From Spironucleus salmonicida (Eukaryota), in NCBI RefSeq assembly GCF_000497125.1, contig NC_090600.1, positions 1,137,197 to 1,201,196 on the forward strand: a stretch of DNA of 64,000 bases, read 5' to 3'. Each line of letters starts with the position of its first letter. Position 1 is the first letter of the stretch. Both the position numbers and the translations under genes were made by a program. Positions 40,565-55,717 of this stretch are shown here, one piece after another. The notes beneath the pieces are model-generated. The model had not been told where the DNA came from. It saw only the letters and a program-made list of their open reading frames with translations, and made no database searches.

Positions 40565-43500
40565 ATGAGTGACGGTTTGCCATACGCCCCTGTTTCACCA
40601 ACAGAGCGTCGCAGACGCGCACAAGAGCTTCTAGCCCGTCATGCACGAGCATGGGATGCTCAACTTGCAACTTTTACGACGCAGCAGCCGAAGAATTCAC
40701 AGCACCACTCGAACCTCCAAGTTGACGCCGAATGGCGTGAAAAGTAACGTGCCCTCGCCCGTGCTGACGCTAATTCACGTGCACAGTATGAAATTTCATG
40801 GCAAAATTCGCTTAGAACTAACGAGCGCGTTGTGGAGCTCAAGCTTGGCAAGGTCAACCCGGTATCGTTCTTCAGGAAGGACACGAACAACTTAGCCATA
40901 AACAACATCCTATAGATGCCAGCCTACGTCCCAATCAGTGAGAAGTTGCCACATGACCTGCTACAGAAAAATTACGACTCGCTACAGAACCACCTCCAAC
41001 AAATCGAATGCCCAGAAGACACAGACGAGATCGAACTTCCTCTACAAAATTCTCCTTCCTCAGAAGAAGAGGAAAGTGAAATTCAGCAAGAAAATGAGTA
41101 GCAGAACGTGCAAGTCGTGAAGAATAAATTCTAGTCCATGATTCCTGCAGGTGCGAATGCCTAAAAAGCTGATGAAATCGCCCGAAAAATTACCAAAAAT
41201 AGCAACAAAGTCAAGGTTTAAAGGATGGATTTAAATAAAATTAATAAATAAGCGATTATTGAACCTTTGGATAGCATTTAAACACATATTAGGCCAAGAG
41301 TTTTAATCAGTAATTTGACGGTGATTTCAAGTGAAAATACACAAGATTCTAATTTGAAAATGAAGAATATTGGTGATTGTAGTTTTATGATATAAATAAA
41401 GCAGAGAAATTAAATAACGTAGAACGCCAAAAAAGAAATAATTAGGAAAGAAGTAAACGATGAGTCTACCGCTGGTCCTAGTATGAACGATATTGACGCT
41501 GTTAGTTAAAGACCCAGTTAAGTAGCTCCTGGGTCACCAGCTTCAATTTTAGGGAAGCTTAAGACAGCCAAGTTCACTTCAAACACATAATAATTCAATA
41601 TTACGAAAAAACCAATTATTCAAGCTCCTACTGAATCTGTAGGCAGTGGCCAGAAAGAGAATTAGATATAACGCGATGATATGGCATAGAAAATGTTAGA
41701 GAAGTCCTCAACTCCTTCCCACTTAAGAATTCTCGCTAATAGATGTGTTTAGAATTCTAGAGGTGAGATGGAATCAAAAATAATTGTGGCCACCAAAGGA
41801 GCTAAATGGCTTTGTGGTTCTGGAGAAAGTAGCAATATTGAGTTTATAGTTCCAAATAATAAGTAATAATAACCTGGTATTATTTTATAGGAGTATGAGT
41901 TAGTTTTTGTACCTGCTGTTGAAGTTGAATTTGAAAATAGAGATGATCAGAAAAGTGGGTAAAACAGTGTTATATAGACAGAAGGAAGTACTAGTGTATT
42001 TATCAGATGCTATGGTATTTAGAGCTGGTGTTTATAGCTTAAAAAATAAATTGAAACTTTAAATAATATAGGATAAGGTGTAGTAGAGAAGATATATAAC
42101 CAGAATGTATGCTAAGAAATTCTTTATAGTCTCAGCGATGAAAGCGTGAATATTTCAATCCATAAGAACAAGGAAGTTCTAGAAAAAGAAGATATTGCTT
42201 AAAGCATTAAAAAGAAAATTGAGAGTACTGTTATTTAAACTTATTAAAATAAGGTTGTTAAGGCTAAGTGGCTTATTGATAAAGAAATTATTAAACAATT
42301 TTTATATGATCTTATTACAGAAGAATCAGGGTATAACATGTCAGTGTTAGATATTTTTGATAATTACTACGACTTCGATGCACATACTAGATTTGAAGAG
42401 GTGGGCAATGAAGTTTTTGAGTTTTTAGACTCTATTGATACGACATAAGTTCAAGCCTATCCTTTCATCTATTTATAATTTGCTAAAAATAGTATCTTTA
42501 TCAACAGAGCTAAATCTCTTAGCAAAGTTATTTTAAAGCATTAATACCTATTTTAGAATATAGAAATATTTGATAAGTTCCGTATAAATTCATGTTAAAT
42601 AGTTAGAAAGCGACTTTTGGCATTAATTTCAGATGAAAATGCTGAAAAAAATATAATTATAAACCAAACTAGTGATTCAGAGATGTATTTAATGCAAAAG
42701 GCTACACGTGGAACCATTATAAATGCTGCCCTTTTTTCTGAGTTTAAACCTAGTAAAATCGTCAACTTGTTAATTAACAAATTAGTAAATGAAATTACAC
42801 TTTCTGTAAATAAATAAGTTAAATTTGATAAAACTAAGTAGTATTCAGTCAATGAGCAATAATAAATTTTTGCAAACAAGCGACCAATTTATGATGGTAA
42901 TTTGATTAATTTGTTGTATTTAACTGCTGCTGTAAGTAATAAGAAACCAGTGTGGGATATTTTTAATATACTGAATAAAGTATAAGATGAAACTTTAGAA
43001 GAGAGGAAATTATAGCTTTTAGAACTCTTAATGTTAAAAAGCATTATATTTGATGTTGAAATTTAGGTTAATTCTGAATCTGATAATACAATCAGGTCAA
43101 TTATTGGTAAAGCTGTAAACTAGAAAATTATTGATTAAAAACTTATTGTAGAGTAACAGTACGATTTTATGGTTGATAATACAAAATTATTTGTTCCAAA
43201 ATATACAATTGAGCAACTCAATAATCTTATTCAACTGATAAAGGCTAATTCTACACTTGATAATGAGCAGTTCCTAGAAAAGTTCACAGTGGAAGAGATT
43301 AGTTTAACAATAGTACCTGATTTGGTGTTTTTATTAACCAGAGAATTCTTATATAGTCAAACAATGAAGCATCGTGTATTTTTAAAATTATATTATTTAG
43401 AAACGGCTAATATAAATGATATGGATCCATTTAATATACTTACACTGGCTGAAAAGATTATATTAACATAAAACTTAAATTTCACTACTCAAAACTTTGC

Positions 43501-45796
43501 TTAACTTTATTATAACTCAGTTTTCACTCCCGATCTTTATCAATAAGCCCTGGAAAAACTAATGATTTTTTAACCAGCAACTCCTAACAAAGGTCCGAAA
43601 GCTACAAAACCTGGAAAAGACACGGTAAAGATTATAAATTTAGCACCAATCTAGTCCAAGCTTCGTCTACTGAAATAATTTAATTTTTCTGCATCAACTT
43701 TTACTGGCTCAGTGCAAGAGGCATTAATTTAAGCTCATGTATAAATCTCAGCTGAACAGCCACAATCATCTTCTAAGTAAAAGCGTGATCCTAAATAAGT
43801 TGATTTTAAACCTCTCACTTTACTAACATCACTTAATCATTAGTATTTTACTGAATTTTCTTCTAATAGCCTATTCTCTACGTCATTATAATTATTTTTT
43901 AAAGATTAATATGAATTTTCAAAGTTATAAAACTAGCCTCTTGATAAAATTTCTTACTCATAAATGCTCATTGATGTAGTTAGCGTTATTTTCTCCATAT
44001 CTGCATCTCCAAAAATTGATGCATTTGATAATTATAAACTTGAAAATAACGAGGAATAAATTGAGCTGATTTAATAAAATTATCAAGAAAAGCGTGAAAA
44101 ATTACTTAATGATATTTGCGATCTTTGTGTTATTCCTGAATAGCCACCACCTAAAAAAGGAGGAAAAAGCTCAGTCGAATTTGAGGTTCCAATAACCGAT
44201 ACTAAACAACTTAGAACTACAGTAATTAATAATCTTAGCAACGTGATCTTTTACCCCCAATCTTCATTGGTTTAAGAAGTGTAACAATAAGAGTTTAAGC
44301 CTCGTGAATTAGGAGATAATTAAAGCAGCCTAATTTTAGCGTCAATGGCGGAACTTCCAACTGATTTTTAGTTTGATAAACCAGTTAAAAAATTTGGCGG
44401 ATCAATGAATTTGAGCACTTTTGATGCTTCTGAAATCAAAATGGACGAAGAAACTGATCACAAAAATGCTACTATTAAAGAATCAGGATATTGCACATCA
44501 CTTCCTGAAAAATATGATGTAGCTCATTAAATTCGTATACAAGCATTTAGGCACGAATTTGACATTTTTATTGACTCACTTTTCACTGAACTAACCAGCG
44601 AGGCTATAGTTTCTCACAATGAAAATGTATCTAATTTTGACATTGATCTTGATGATTTTGAGACCACAAAAAGTAAAATGGAACAATTAAAAACAGGCGA
44701 ACTCACGTATGAGTAGGCTGGTATAGAACCTGAGGACTTCGTTGAACCTGCTGAGATGGTTCCACCTGAATAACCTTTACCAAGTTTCGGTTTTAAGGAT
44801 ATTATCGAACAAATTGAGTTAATTGAGAAGAAATTAATGATTTAAAGCGACTTAATTTTTTGTAAAGGAACTGATATATCGATTTTATAAAGTTTAGCAT
44901 ATCGTATTTTTGACTGCATTTATTAAGCATATTTAAAATATTGTGAATAAGCTTAAGTTGTGTTAGAGAATGAGTTTAATGGGTCAGAATGCGAGAATTC
45001 AGCTAAAAAATTACTGTTTGATTGCGGTGAAAATTTAGGTATTTCAATCGAAAAATATGGAATAGATGTTCGGATCATTAAAGGGTTGGAAGAAGTAAAC
45101 AAACATCCTACTATTCTTATTGAGGATATGGATAAAAATACTCTTTTTAACAATATATAAACTTACTATAAGGCTTTTGGCATTAGATTAGAAATTGATT
45201 AATAAATTAATGAATATCACTTAAAATAGGCCCAGGAGTTAATTCCTAGCTACTAGATTTAGCCATTTTCTATAATTCCTAGTTTTAAACCTAAATATGT
45301 AAATAACTCGGCCATTGACTCGTTTTTGTATTAAAATCCGGATAAGCACACGTTTAAATCTATTCCGTAAATATTTTTACTAAGTGATATGTCCATATTT
45401 AACTAACATATTTCAAAGGTTGAGAATTTAGAAAATTTCTTGGAAGTGACTTAAGAGAATGCTAAAAATGCATTTGACGTCTTAGGATGTCATGCACCAG
45501 TCAAAGACAAGAAGAAGGATGACAAAAATAAACCAATCGAACATGCACCAGAAAAGGTTGAAGAAGATGCAGAAGGTGAGGAAGAAGAGGAAGATGAAGA
45601 TGAGATTAAAATACCTGGATATCTTAAAGAGGTAGAACCTGAAACATAAAGTAAAAGAGACGTTTGGGGGTTCTTATTTAACTAGTGCTTGGAAAGGAGT
45701 AGCTGTTGGTTCTCTGCTGCAGATAAGATTGCATTATAATTTGAAAAAGGGCTAAATTACGTTTCTAGAGATTGGAAAGAATTGTATGATTAATGA
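40565..45796 (+). CDS. Large protein (~1743 aa), MYCBP-associated protein-like N-terminus (flagellar)
   Basis: Long table-6 ORF with ends in frame; EWREKQ...SWQNSLR and PGIILQEYELVFVP recall MYCBPAP motifs (family call tentative). Confidence 0.7.
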
Positions 45797-45881
45797 GCTG
45801 TTTCTATACAAAAACTATATCTTATATTCCTAGTATAATAAATAAATTTTGGTTATAATTTACACTCCACCTTTCTAGAAT

Positions 45882-46793
45882 ATGGCGATTGATCTCGATT
45901 TATTTATCGAACGTGTATTTGATGGTTAGATGTTATCTGAAGAAGAAGTTGATTAAATTTGTAAACTAGGGTAAACTTTATTAGATTAAGAACCTAATGT
46001 TATATAAGTTCAAGCACCGGTTACTATTGTAGGCGATATTCATGGTTAATTTCATGATTTGATTGAAATGTTTAGAATCTGTGGACGTCCACCTTATACT
46101 AATTATCTTTTCCTTGGAGACTACGTGGACCGTGGCTATTATTCAGTGGAATGCGCTATATTAGTGGTTCTACTTAAACTTAGGTACCCTAATAGAATTA
46201 CTCTCATTCGTGGTAACCATGAGTCCAGACAGGTCACTTAGGTATATGGTTTTTATGATGAAGTTTTACGTAAATATCGTTCATAAACAGTTTGGAAATC
46301 TTTTACTGCTTTATTTGATGTTTTACCAGTAGCTGCTGTTGTTTCAGATAAAGTGTTTTGTATTCACGCTGGTTTATCACCTGGTTTTGAAACTATCTCA
46401 GAGTTAAATGAATTATTTAGAAAATAAGAAATCCCACATGATGGCCCATTGGCTGATATTCTTTGGTCTGATCCTGATGTTAGATAGGGTTGGGGAAGAT
46501 CTCCTCGTGGAGCTGGCTATATTTTCGGTGCGGATGTTACTGAGAAATTCTTAAAAAGAAATGACCTCAAACTAGTAGCAAGAGGGCATTAGATGGCTAT
46601 GGATGGTTATTAATGGAATCATGACAAGTAAATAGTTACAATCTTTGGTGCACCAAACTATTGTTATAGGAGTGGAAACTAGGGAGCTGTAATGGAAATA
46701 GATGAGAATTGTGGTTACGGATTTATTTAATACAAGTATGCACCTAGAAGAGGAGATCCAAGTGCTCATTGGGTCCCAGAGTACTTTTTGTGA
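45882..46793 (+). CDS. PP2A: Ser/Thr protein phosphatase 2A-family catalytic subunit
   Basis: [39 protein letters not shown]...YFL. Confidence 0.95.
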
Positions 46794-46929
46794 GATTGCT
46801 GCGTTTATTTTTTTTAGTATTTATATACTTTTCTTTATAAATTAACAAAAGATTACCAAATTAAAGTAGATTTAAATTTGAAAGTTTATACATTATATTT
46901 TATCAATATAAATACATTATGTACTCAAA

Positions 46930-47346
46930 ATGCGTAAAAAGGTTATTCCTTAATAATCATCTCTCCAATAGGCAATAGTCGAAGCCAATACAAAAATCGA
47001 AGAAACTGCAGAATAAATATAGTAAATAGTGGCTTAAAGATAAGCCTTGGAAAAATAAAGAACCGCGTAATTGGCCGAAAATTCTCTACTATAATAAAAG
47101 CTACAGGACCTAGATGCAGAAGTTACATCTTTAGAACGAGAGTTAGATTTAGAAAATAAAGTTGATACAGAAGACACAAAAGACGTTGAGATTGAACTAG
47201 CTAGATTAGAAAAAATTGAACTAGAGCAAAATAAAGAAATTGTAGCTCTCATGGAAGAGCTAAGATCGGAGACAGATGTAGGATCTAGACTAAGGGAAGA
47301 GATAGTGTAGTAGTTTAATATTTTGCAGAATAAGTTTTCTAAGTGA
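46930..47346 (+). CDS. Coiled-coil hypothetical protein (138 aa)
   Basis: E/Q/L heptads, ends AAG TGA. Confidence 0.75.
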
Positions 47347-47646
47347 TAAAATTTTACTTAAAAATCAATTAAAGATATAAAGTATATTTCTATACTGTAA
47401 ATATGTAAAAGAAATAATGTGTAAAGTATAAATGGAATAAATATTAATATAAATAATTGATATATACATATTACATATCTAAGATAAACTGCACATATCT
47501 AAAATATAAATTTTTATCGTATAAAAATTAGTATCGAGATAAACTGTTAGAAAAACACTAAATAGATTTAAGTTCTGTATCCTTAGTTGAAAAATATAGA
47601 AGGATATAAAAAATAAAAATACAATCTATTAAAAGACAAGTTAAGA

Positions 47647-48540
47647 TCATTCCCCTGTAACTCTTTTATATCCAAATGTACTATTTCTGATAAAATAGAT
47701 TAATAGTCCTGCAGTGACCAAAACTCCAGCCCCAGCTCCCAAAAGTATTCCATATTTTAAATGCTCATCATTAACACATTTATATTCGTCCCCAACCACT
47801 TAACAAACATATCCATTATTACAGTCACCTATATTACCACATTCCGCCTTAAGACAGTTACCATTAACCCCAGCTCTCCAACCAGGTCTACACTCACAGT
47901 AATTATCAGGATCTTATGAATCATTATAACAGCGAACACACATTTTTTCGTAACTTATGAAGTTATTACCTCTACAGTCACAATTCTAATATTTTTCATC
48001 AGTACATTTACCTTATCCATTACATTTCCCATGTAACCCATCACATCCTCCTTTTATACAAGAGAATCCGCCTTCATATTGCTCTTACTTAAATGTATAT
48101 TTTGGACAGAAACAATCCTTATTTTCGTCCCCATTGCATTACTCCAAACAGTAAATTTATCCACTTTAATCAATTCCACAAGGACCATTGATACAAGATG
48201 CAGGGCATGTTAGACAGTGCTTACTATTATCTTCAAAAACATAGCCATCACATTTACCACAAAGTGCGCCATAGAATCCATTTTTACATATACAACCATT
48301 TGCAAAAGTCGAACCAAATTAGTCCAGACAAGTTTTATTATTTAGGCTTTCATTACACTCCACACAAGTTCCAGAATCATTACAGTCAGCATTTTTCTTA
48401 CAGAAATATTTTCTGCAGATTCTGCCATTTTGGTAATTTTCTCGATTGTAGCCTTACGGACATGTGCATGATTAATCAATACAAAATGACTGTGCTCCAG
48501 CTGGCTCTATACAGTTTTTATCAGTTTTACAAATGTTCAT
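47647..48540 (-). CDS. Cysteine-rich membrane protein
   Basis: CxC/CxxC-rich, TM YGILLGAGAGVLVTAGLLIYFI with short tail GYKRVTGE. Confidence 0.88.
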
Positions 48541-49054
48541 TAGGTGTTAAAATAAAAAAGCAAGCAGTTATTTATGAGATATAATAATAATTTTAATATA
48601 TTAGCAATTGTATAATAATTGGGAGTGAAAAATGTATTTAATACTATATAATAATAAATAAATTATTAAGTCATAAGATTTAATATAATATACAAAACTG
48701 GAAGAGTAATTTTTTAAGATTAAAGATTTCACAAATATAATTGCGGATATTTAAGAATATGTAAATAAACTATTATTAGTTAATAATGAATAACGGCCTA
48801 CCATTATTTTGTGATTTTCTATCTAAATAATGATCGTATATCAACATATCTGGAAAATACTTACAAAATCAACTTAAATAAATTTAAAAATGATCTTTTA
48901 TAGGTAATAAACTTTATCAATATAACTTTTTTGAATATATTAATTATCATATGTTGTTGAAAAATCGCATTTATCAAAAAGGATTAAAAATAATGAATAC
49001 TTCCTTATCTTATTCTACACAAATAAGGAATATACATAAATATCCTCTCTCCAA

Positions 49055-50461
49055 ATGAAATTTTAGCTTCTAGGTATTACTATGATGTTTGCAAACACAT
49101 CAATTGGGGCAGCAGTGTTATAATTGCCGTTTCGATTCGCAGTTCTGGGTCTTCCCTTAGCGCTATTTTACTTTTTCATGACCACTGGAATTTCAGTATA
49201 CTTCTTCTACCAAATAGCAAGAATAACGCACAAGTACTAGGCAAAAACTGTATTCGAGATAATAATGAAGACAGCAGGCAAAGGGACTGCAATTCTGCTG
49301 GATATTTCGATTATTGGGATGCTTTTTGCTATCATAACTGTGTATATAATTGTTGGTGGTGACTATGTCAAAACTATCTGGGACTTAATTAATCCAATAG
49401 ATAAATGTGTGGAACCAGGGGCTTTTGAGTAGGGGGCTTGTGATAAGTATAAGGTATGTATTAAAAAATCTAGTTAAATTGACGTATATACAAGATTGAT
49501 GGTCGGCGGGCTATTTATACTAGAAAGTTTAATAGGAGATCTGCGTATACTTAATATTATTTCGTCTAGCGTTGTTTTTGTGGCTGTTTTTACAGTAATT
49601 GCAATTGTAATAAGATCATTTTAGGGTCTTATCAGTGGAACAATTCCTAATATTCCAAACTATACACCACCTGTACCTAGAATAAATACCAAACCTTCAT
49701 TAGTAGCAGCATTGACTTCAATACCTTCTTTCTTTTAACTATATGGTATTTAAATGTCTATAACTCCTATTTATAATGAGTTGGCTGAGAATAAATACGA
49801 AATGGTCAAGAAAGCATCTTTATATTCAACTATTATAGCTGCCGTTATATATATTATATTTGCCATATTTGGAGTTGTTATATTTTATGGAGATAATTAA
49901 TCTTAAAACTTTCATTAGGATAATATATTACTCATTTTTAGTCCTCAAGACAAATTAATCACTGTTGTTCGTATAGCATATTCAGTAGTTATTTTAGTTT
50001 CATTCCCTGCAATCTTATACGCACTGCGAGCTACAATTATGGGATAGTTTAAATTAAATCGCAAAGATGGTGTTAAAGGAAGGTTAACATTCTACCTAAG
50101 TGGTATTATTATTGTTATTTTTTCAACAATTGTAGGTGTTTATATACCTTAAATATTTATTATTTTAGACTTATTCGGCGCAGTTTTTGGAATAATATTC
50201 TTCATGTTGGTACCTTTATTAATGCTTATTTATGAAGATTCTAATGATAACCCTGATATTATTGCGGTTAACTTTGCTGCTGCAGACATTTAACCAAATA
50301 GAGAGTTTGTAGAAGAATCTGAACATGAGCAGTGCAAAAAAAGAATTAAAAGAATTAACATATTATATTGGATAATATTTTGTATCTTTGTTGTAATTGG
50401 TTTGATTGGGTTAGGATTTACTTTAAAGGATATATTCACAAAAAAGACATAAATTTGTTGA
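49055..50461 (+). CDS. Amino acid transporter (Aa_trans/AAAP family)
   Basis: NTSIGAAVLQLPF, multi-TM, ITPIYNEL, DNILL.F, SFPAILYALR. Confidence 0.9.
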
Positions 50462-50519
50462 ATGATGTTATAATGTAAATTTATTATATATTTATATATA
50501 ATATAAATTATTTTATTTT

Positions 50520-53500
50520 ATGCTATACTTTGACATAGAGAAGTAAACCTATTATGTCTAGGCAGCAAATTCATAATTTTACGCACTGGATCCATTTATT
50601 TTTATTAAAAAATTAATATCAATTGAGATAGATGTAGATTTATGTGAAATCATTGATTGTATTAATCATTATTATTAATCTGCTGAAATAAGCTTAAGTT
50701 AAAGAGATGATCTTATTTTAATCTTAAAAGATGATATAAAAACATATTAAGAAGTTTATAAAATAGCTCCGTTTATTATTGTGAAAAAATATTAATTGGC
50801 CTCTTTCAATTTTAAGTAAACTATGAATATTTTACGACGTTTTCCTATATAAGTGGAACTGGTATATTTGATTATTGAGATTCTTGTAGATTTTAATTAT
50901 GAATAAATCTAAAGTATATTTTCGGCAATACATGCTGAACCATTTATTGTAGGTTTATAAAATCCGGACTTTTTCGAAAAACAATCAGAGTTAGACTAAA
51001 TAAACATATTACTATTTTTCATTACCTTAAATGTAAATGTAGATAATTTCATCAAAATAGATATTAAAACTAGGATATTTATTTAACAATTAAAAATTAA
51101 GTTAAATGGTAAATCGTAATCAAAGCATTAAGAACCAGAAATATTATAAAATAATATATTCTATTAAAACTTTTAAGAATATTTTAATTAATAATTTATA
51201 GAATGTAAATTGTTAATAGATTTATCATCAATAAATATTTATTTGTTATTATAAGTTAAAAATACTAAAGAAGAATTACAATTTTTAGAAAAAATAGGCC
51301 CTTACATAATTGAGTATGTACTTACAAAAGAAATTTAATTTGTATAGTTTTAAAGCAAAAGTTATAGTCTAAAAATATTATAATTTTGTCCTCCTTAATT
51401 ATTTTATCGATTATTTTAGCAAATCATGTAGCAACACTCATAGGGGGATAAAAAATAGATCAGCTAGAGATTTAGCTAATTTACGAACTAGATCATAAAT
51501 ACTATTGATTAAGATCAGTTTATAATAGAAATTTTAAAGTATAGATAATAATTACCTCGCTAAGATATCATAAACGTTTTCAAAAAATTACATGACTTAG
51601 AGTAGTTTGAATAAGAACTTTTAGAGTTTCTATACTATCAAAGACAGATATTACCAATTAGTGTTGAGGTTAAATCAATGAAACTCAATATATTAAAAAT
51701 AATCTCTAATGAGTATAAAGATTTATTTTTTGAATTAATTTATCCAAAATAATTAGAATAATAATTCATTTAAGTAATAAATAAATTACATATTACCTAA
51801 TAAGATATTTAATTAGCCTATTGTTATATAAAGAGTATATTTAAAGAAAAATCAATTATAACTTAATCGTAATTACCTAATCTGTCTATTGAACAAGCTA
51901 TTTCCGCAATTTTTATTTTATTATATAGAGAATTTTATCTTTATGATGATGATTAATTAAAAACTGACGATTTTAAAATTCTTTAAGCCAATAATTCTCC
52001 TTTATCACCACTAGATATTAATTATTTTGAGTAAATTTTCATTCATAATAATTTACATGCCGGTAATAGTGCTAAATATGGTTATTTTATTTCGAAGGCA
52101 TCATTATTATCATTATGTGCATTTAATGATTAATAGTTAGAATAATTTTAATTATAAGAATAATATTCTTAGCATATATTTTATCCACTATAAATAATTG
52201 AGTAATTACTTAATGTTATATTCCAAGCTAGAAAGTTAGACCCAGACAATATAATAAATGTAGAACCAGTTATAAGTGTTATAATAAAAGAGTCAAACTT
52301 TATACCTTTCACTAAAATTGTTATGTTAAATCATACACTTCGTCATTTAAAAATACATATTAGCTAGTTTAATTATGTAAATTAATACTAGTTAATTAAT
52401 ATTAATAAGCATAATACATAAGCAATATAAAATTTATAAATTAAATAAGAACTATCTGAAAATAAAACATCACTAGACCTAATTTAAGATGCAATATCAT
52501 TTAGGTAACTTAAAGCGAATATTACGACAGTAGCATAGCACGATTATTTTTGTTAGTTATACTTTTAATAAATATTAAAACATATTGATTCATTTAATTA
52601 TATATAACCTAGGCTTTCATTGGCTACTAATGAAGTATTAACCTATCTCAATATGGTATTATGTGATTTATAAGATTACCTTAAATATTCTTGCAAAATT
52701 GCAGAATCAGTTCTTTTATTCCCGCTGAAATTATTTGTATTTGTTAACAATATATACTGTGATTTACTTTAAACAAGTTAAATATAGTGGAATGATAAAA
52801 ATAAAGGTATGTTAATATTTGATAAGAACAGTTTATTTCTATAACTAGATATTGTCAATTCTCTGTATATTTCATAATGTTAATAGGTGTTATAATTGTT
52901 ATATTTATGTTATAATAACTAATAATTCTTAAAACAGTTGTTAAAAAGAATTAGTTATAGTTAAATTGAAGCAAATAATTTATAGGAGTGTTTAATTTAA
53001 ATTATTAAAAATACAAAATCTCCATAAATATTATTTACTTATTCAAGATATCCAGAATGTCTGATATCATTAAAAGAAGCATTACTTGGTTCATTTTCTG
53101 CAGAATTATTGCAAGAACCATCATTTAATGCAGTACCACTTTCTTAATAATATTAGCCATAAATTTTTAAACGTATTAAAGATTTAGATTTAACTGTAAA
53201 ATATATCGTTTAATGTTAATTTTTAATTTAAAGAATTCTATCTTATGATCCTGATTGTAGTTGCTTTGATGGGTGCGTTATTTTAAATTAAAAAGGTAGA
53301 TTTATTTATAATATTAATGAAACCAGTGATAATGAGAAAAATGTGATAAGCTTATTTCTACAAACATGGTTTGGTGGAAAAAACTACTGCAATATAGAAG
53401 ATATACCTGTTTTTATTATAGATAAAGATAATGTTTAATCTAACGAACTAATAAGTACATTAACAGAGGAAGAAGAATTTAGTCATACTTCTTAAATGAG

Positions 53501-53606
53501 AAAATATACTGAACTAGATATGATGATTTTTGGAATTCTATTAGGTGCAGAATGGAAAATATATAAAAATGGTACAATTGACAAAGGTATTTTTTGTTGC
53601 CAATGA
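50520..53606 (+). CDS. Hypothetical protein (~1028 aa)
   Basis: Long table-6 ORF MLYFDIEK...GIFCCQ; ends checked in frame. Confidence 0.65.
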
Positions 53607-53669
53607 ATTCTATATTAATCATTATAAAATAATTATATTTATTAATGATATAAACTTGAAATCTAAGTC

Positions 53670-54602
53670 ATGAATTTAGTAAAATTATTTAACTATGATG
53701 AAACTGAGGAAAAACTTTTGTATAAGGCTATTGATCCATTAACATAAAAATAGTATATTGTAAAGAAAATATTCCTCACCAATAATAATAGTGGACTTTT
53801 TTGTTCTTAAACAAAATTATATGAAACACTTATGACTAATTTTGATTTTTATTAGAATATAACAATATAACAAGGAGTCATAGAAATATAAACAGAGTAT
53901 ATTAAGGAAGCAACTAAATATCCTCTGTCATTTGAATATTTTGCGTTGTAACTTCTGGCAATACTTTTAAGATTATAGAAGCATAAAATTATACATAGAA
54001 ATATCATAAAAGATAATTTACTTATAGATGAAAGTCATAAATTACATCTAATAGGATTTTCTTAAGCCACTATTTATGATTCGTAGGATGAATTGTTTTC
54101 ATCATTTTATACAACTTAGTATGATTACAATATTGATAAACATATGACAGGTCAACTTTTATTAAGTATTTTTTATCCCACAATCAGTTTTTAGTCTTTG
54201 CTTTTTCGTAAGTAGGAGAAATTAAATCTTGAAATCATTCGTTAACTTCATTATTCAAGTAACGTTAATATTTTTGATATTATTATCACTATTAATCCTT
54301 TTGAATTTGATCATTTAACTTCTCATATTATAATATTTTCAGATACAGAAAAATAAGAAATATTAGATTATATTGAATAGCAAGATAGTACATCATGGTT
54401 TTACAAAAATTCCTTTTCAGTTGAACAATCAGTATAATTTGACACTAAGCTCACAAATCAATTAGTCAAAACTACTATATAAATCCAAAAATAAAATTTA
54501 CCAGAGAACTATGAGACTTGGGCAAAAAATTGCTGTAATTTGTATGAAGCGAAACGAAATGCTAAGTTCTCAAGTTTTTTAAACTATTTAATAGATAACT
54601 GA
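53670..54602 (+). CDS. Divergent protein kinase-like protein (probable pseudokinase)
   Basis: YKAID...YIVKKI, IIHRNIIKDNLLID, LHLIGFS (HRD->HRN, DFG->GFS). Confidence 0.75.
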
Positions 54603-54631
54603 TTGATTAAATTTATCCTAATTTCATATGT

Positions 54632-55648
54632 TCACTTTTTATCCTGTGTCAATACTAACACAATCTCTCCCTCTGTGTTTATCTAACAATCTAAAAATCT
54701 ACCCTTAAGCCGCCTGACCTCATAGCTTAAATCCTTTAAATGTTTTAACTCAGTTTAATACTCTCGCGTCTTAATTTTTTGACTTTCCTAATTAAATTCA
54801 TCTAGCTTTAACATGTAAAAATCACAGTTCTCAGTAATAATACAAATGCTATCTTAAACAACTTTGTAGAATCTAATTATCTAATTGACTTCCAAAACTA
54901 CTAAACTATCGCTGTCTGGTTTACCCCAATCAGTGAAAATAGAACTTTTAGGTTTACTCATACATAATCCAGACTTAGCATCACCAGAGAACTGAAATGC
55001 AATTTCATTAAATTTTCTAACTTAGACAGAAGTCTTATACGTCAGAGTGCTCTGACCAGTATTTTGTCGACTGACTGAATCAATTATTATGTCTATTTCA
55101 AGTCCTTAAATATACTATTTTTGGCTAGCATACAAAATCAAAACTGTGAAGTTGCCATCTTTTTCAGTTGCAGAAGCTAGAAACGCCGAATGGCTGAGTG
55201 TGCTTTGTAATTTAAATTATTGAAATTTGGTAATTTCCTTCTAGAGTTCTGGATCAACTCCAAAAAATATTGTGTATGAATTTTGGAGATTAAGACCAAA
55301 AACAGCAACTATGTCCATGGATTGTGTTGAGTGTATCGATGTTGAAACTGGTATTATTCCAATATCCCTGAAAAATATGAGCATGGTAGTTTGACTATTA
55401 ACAAGATTGAAAATCAGTATCTGAGATTATGTTGTAATAAGAATATACTTTTTTCTTAAAATGAGCGAAATCACATTTCCAGTCACCTAGGGGAGATTAA
55501 GAGGAGGTAGATTTGCCTTCAACACCTGTTAGTGGATTCTAAAATCATTTTCTAAAGCAAAAAATAAGTAATCTTCATTCAGAACTGCGCATATTACTGA
55601 CTCTTTTGGATTGTTAATTACTACTGCTTTTAGTGATGTTTCGTTCAT
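54632..55648 (-). CDS. Hypothetical beta-strand-rich (propeller-like) protein
   Basis: Table-6 ORF MNETSLKAVV..., ends AAG TGA. Confidence 0.65.
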
Positions 55649-55717
55649 TTTATTATCAATTATACTATTATTATATCTATTTAATATTAAATATGTTGCG
55701 CGTGTCATTTCATTAAA

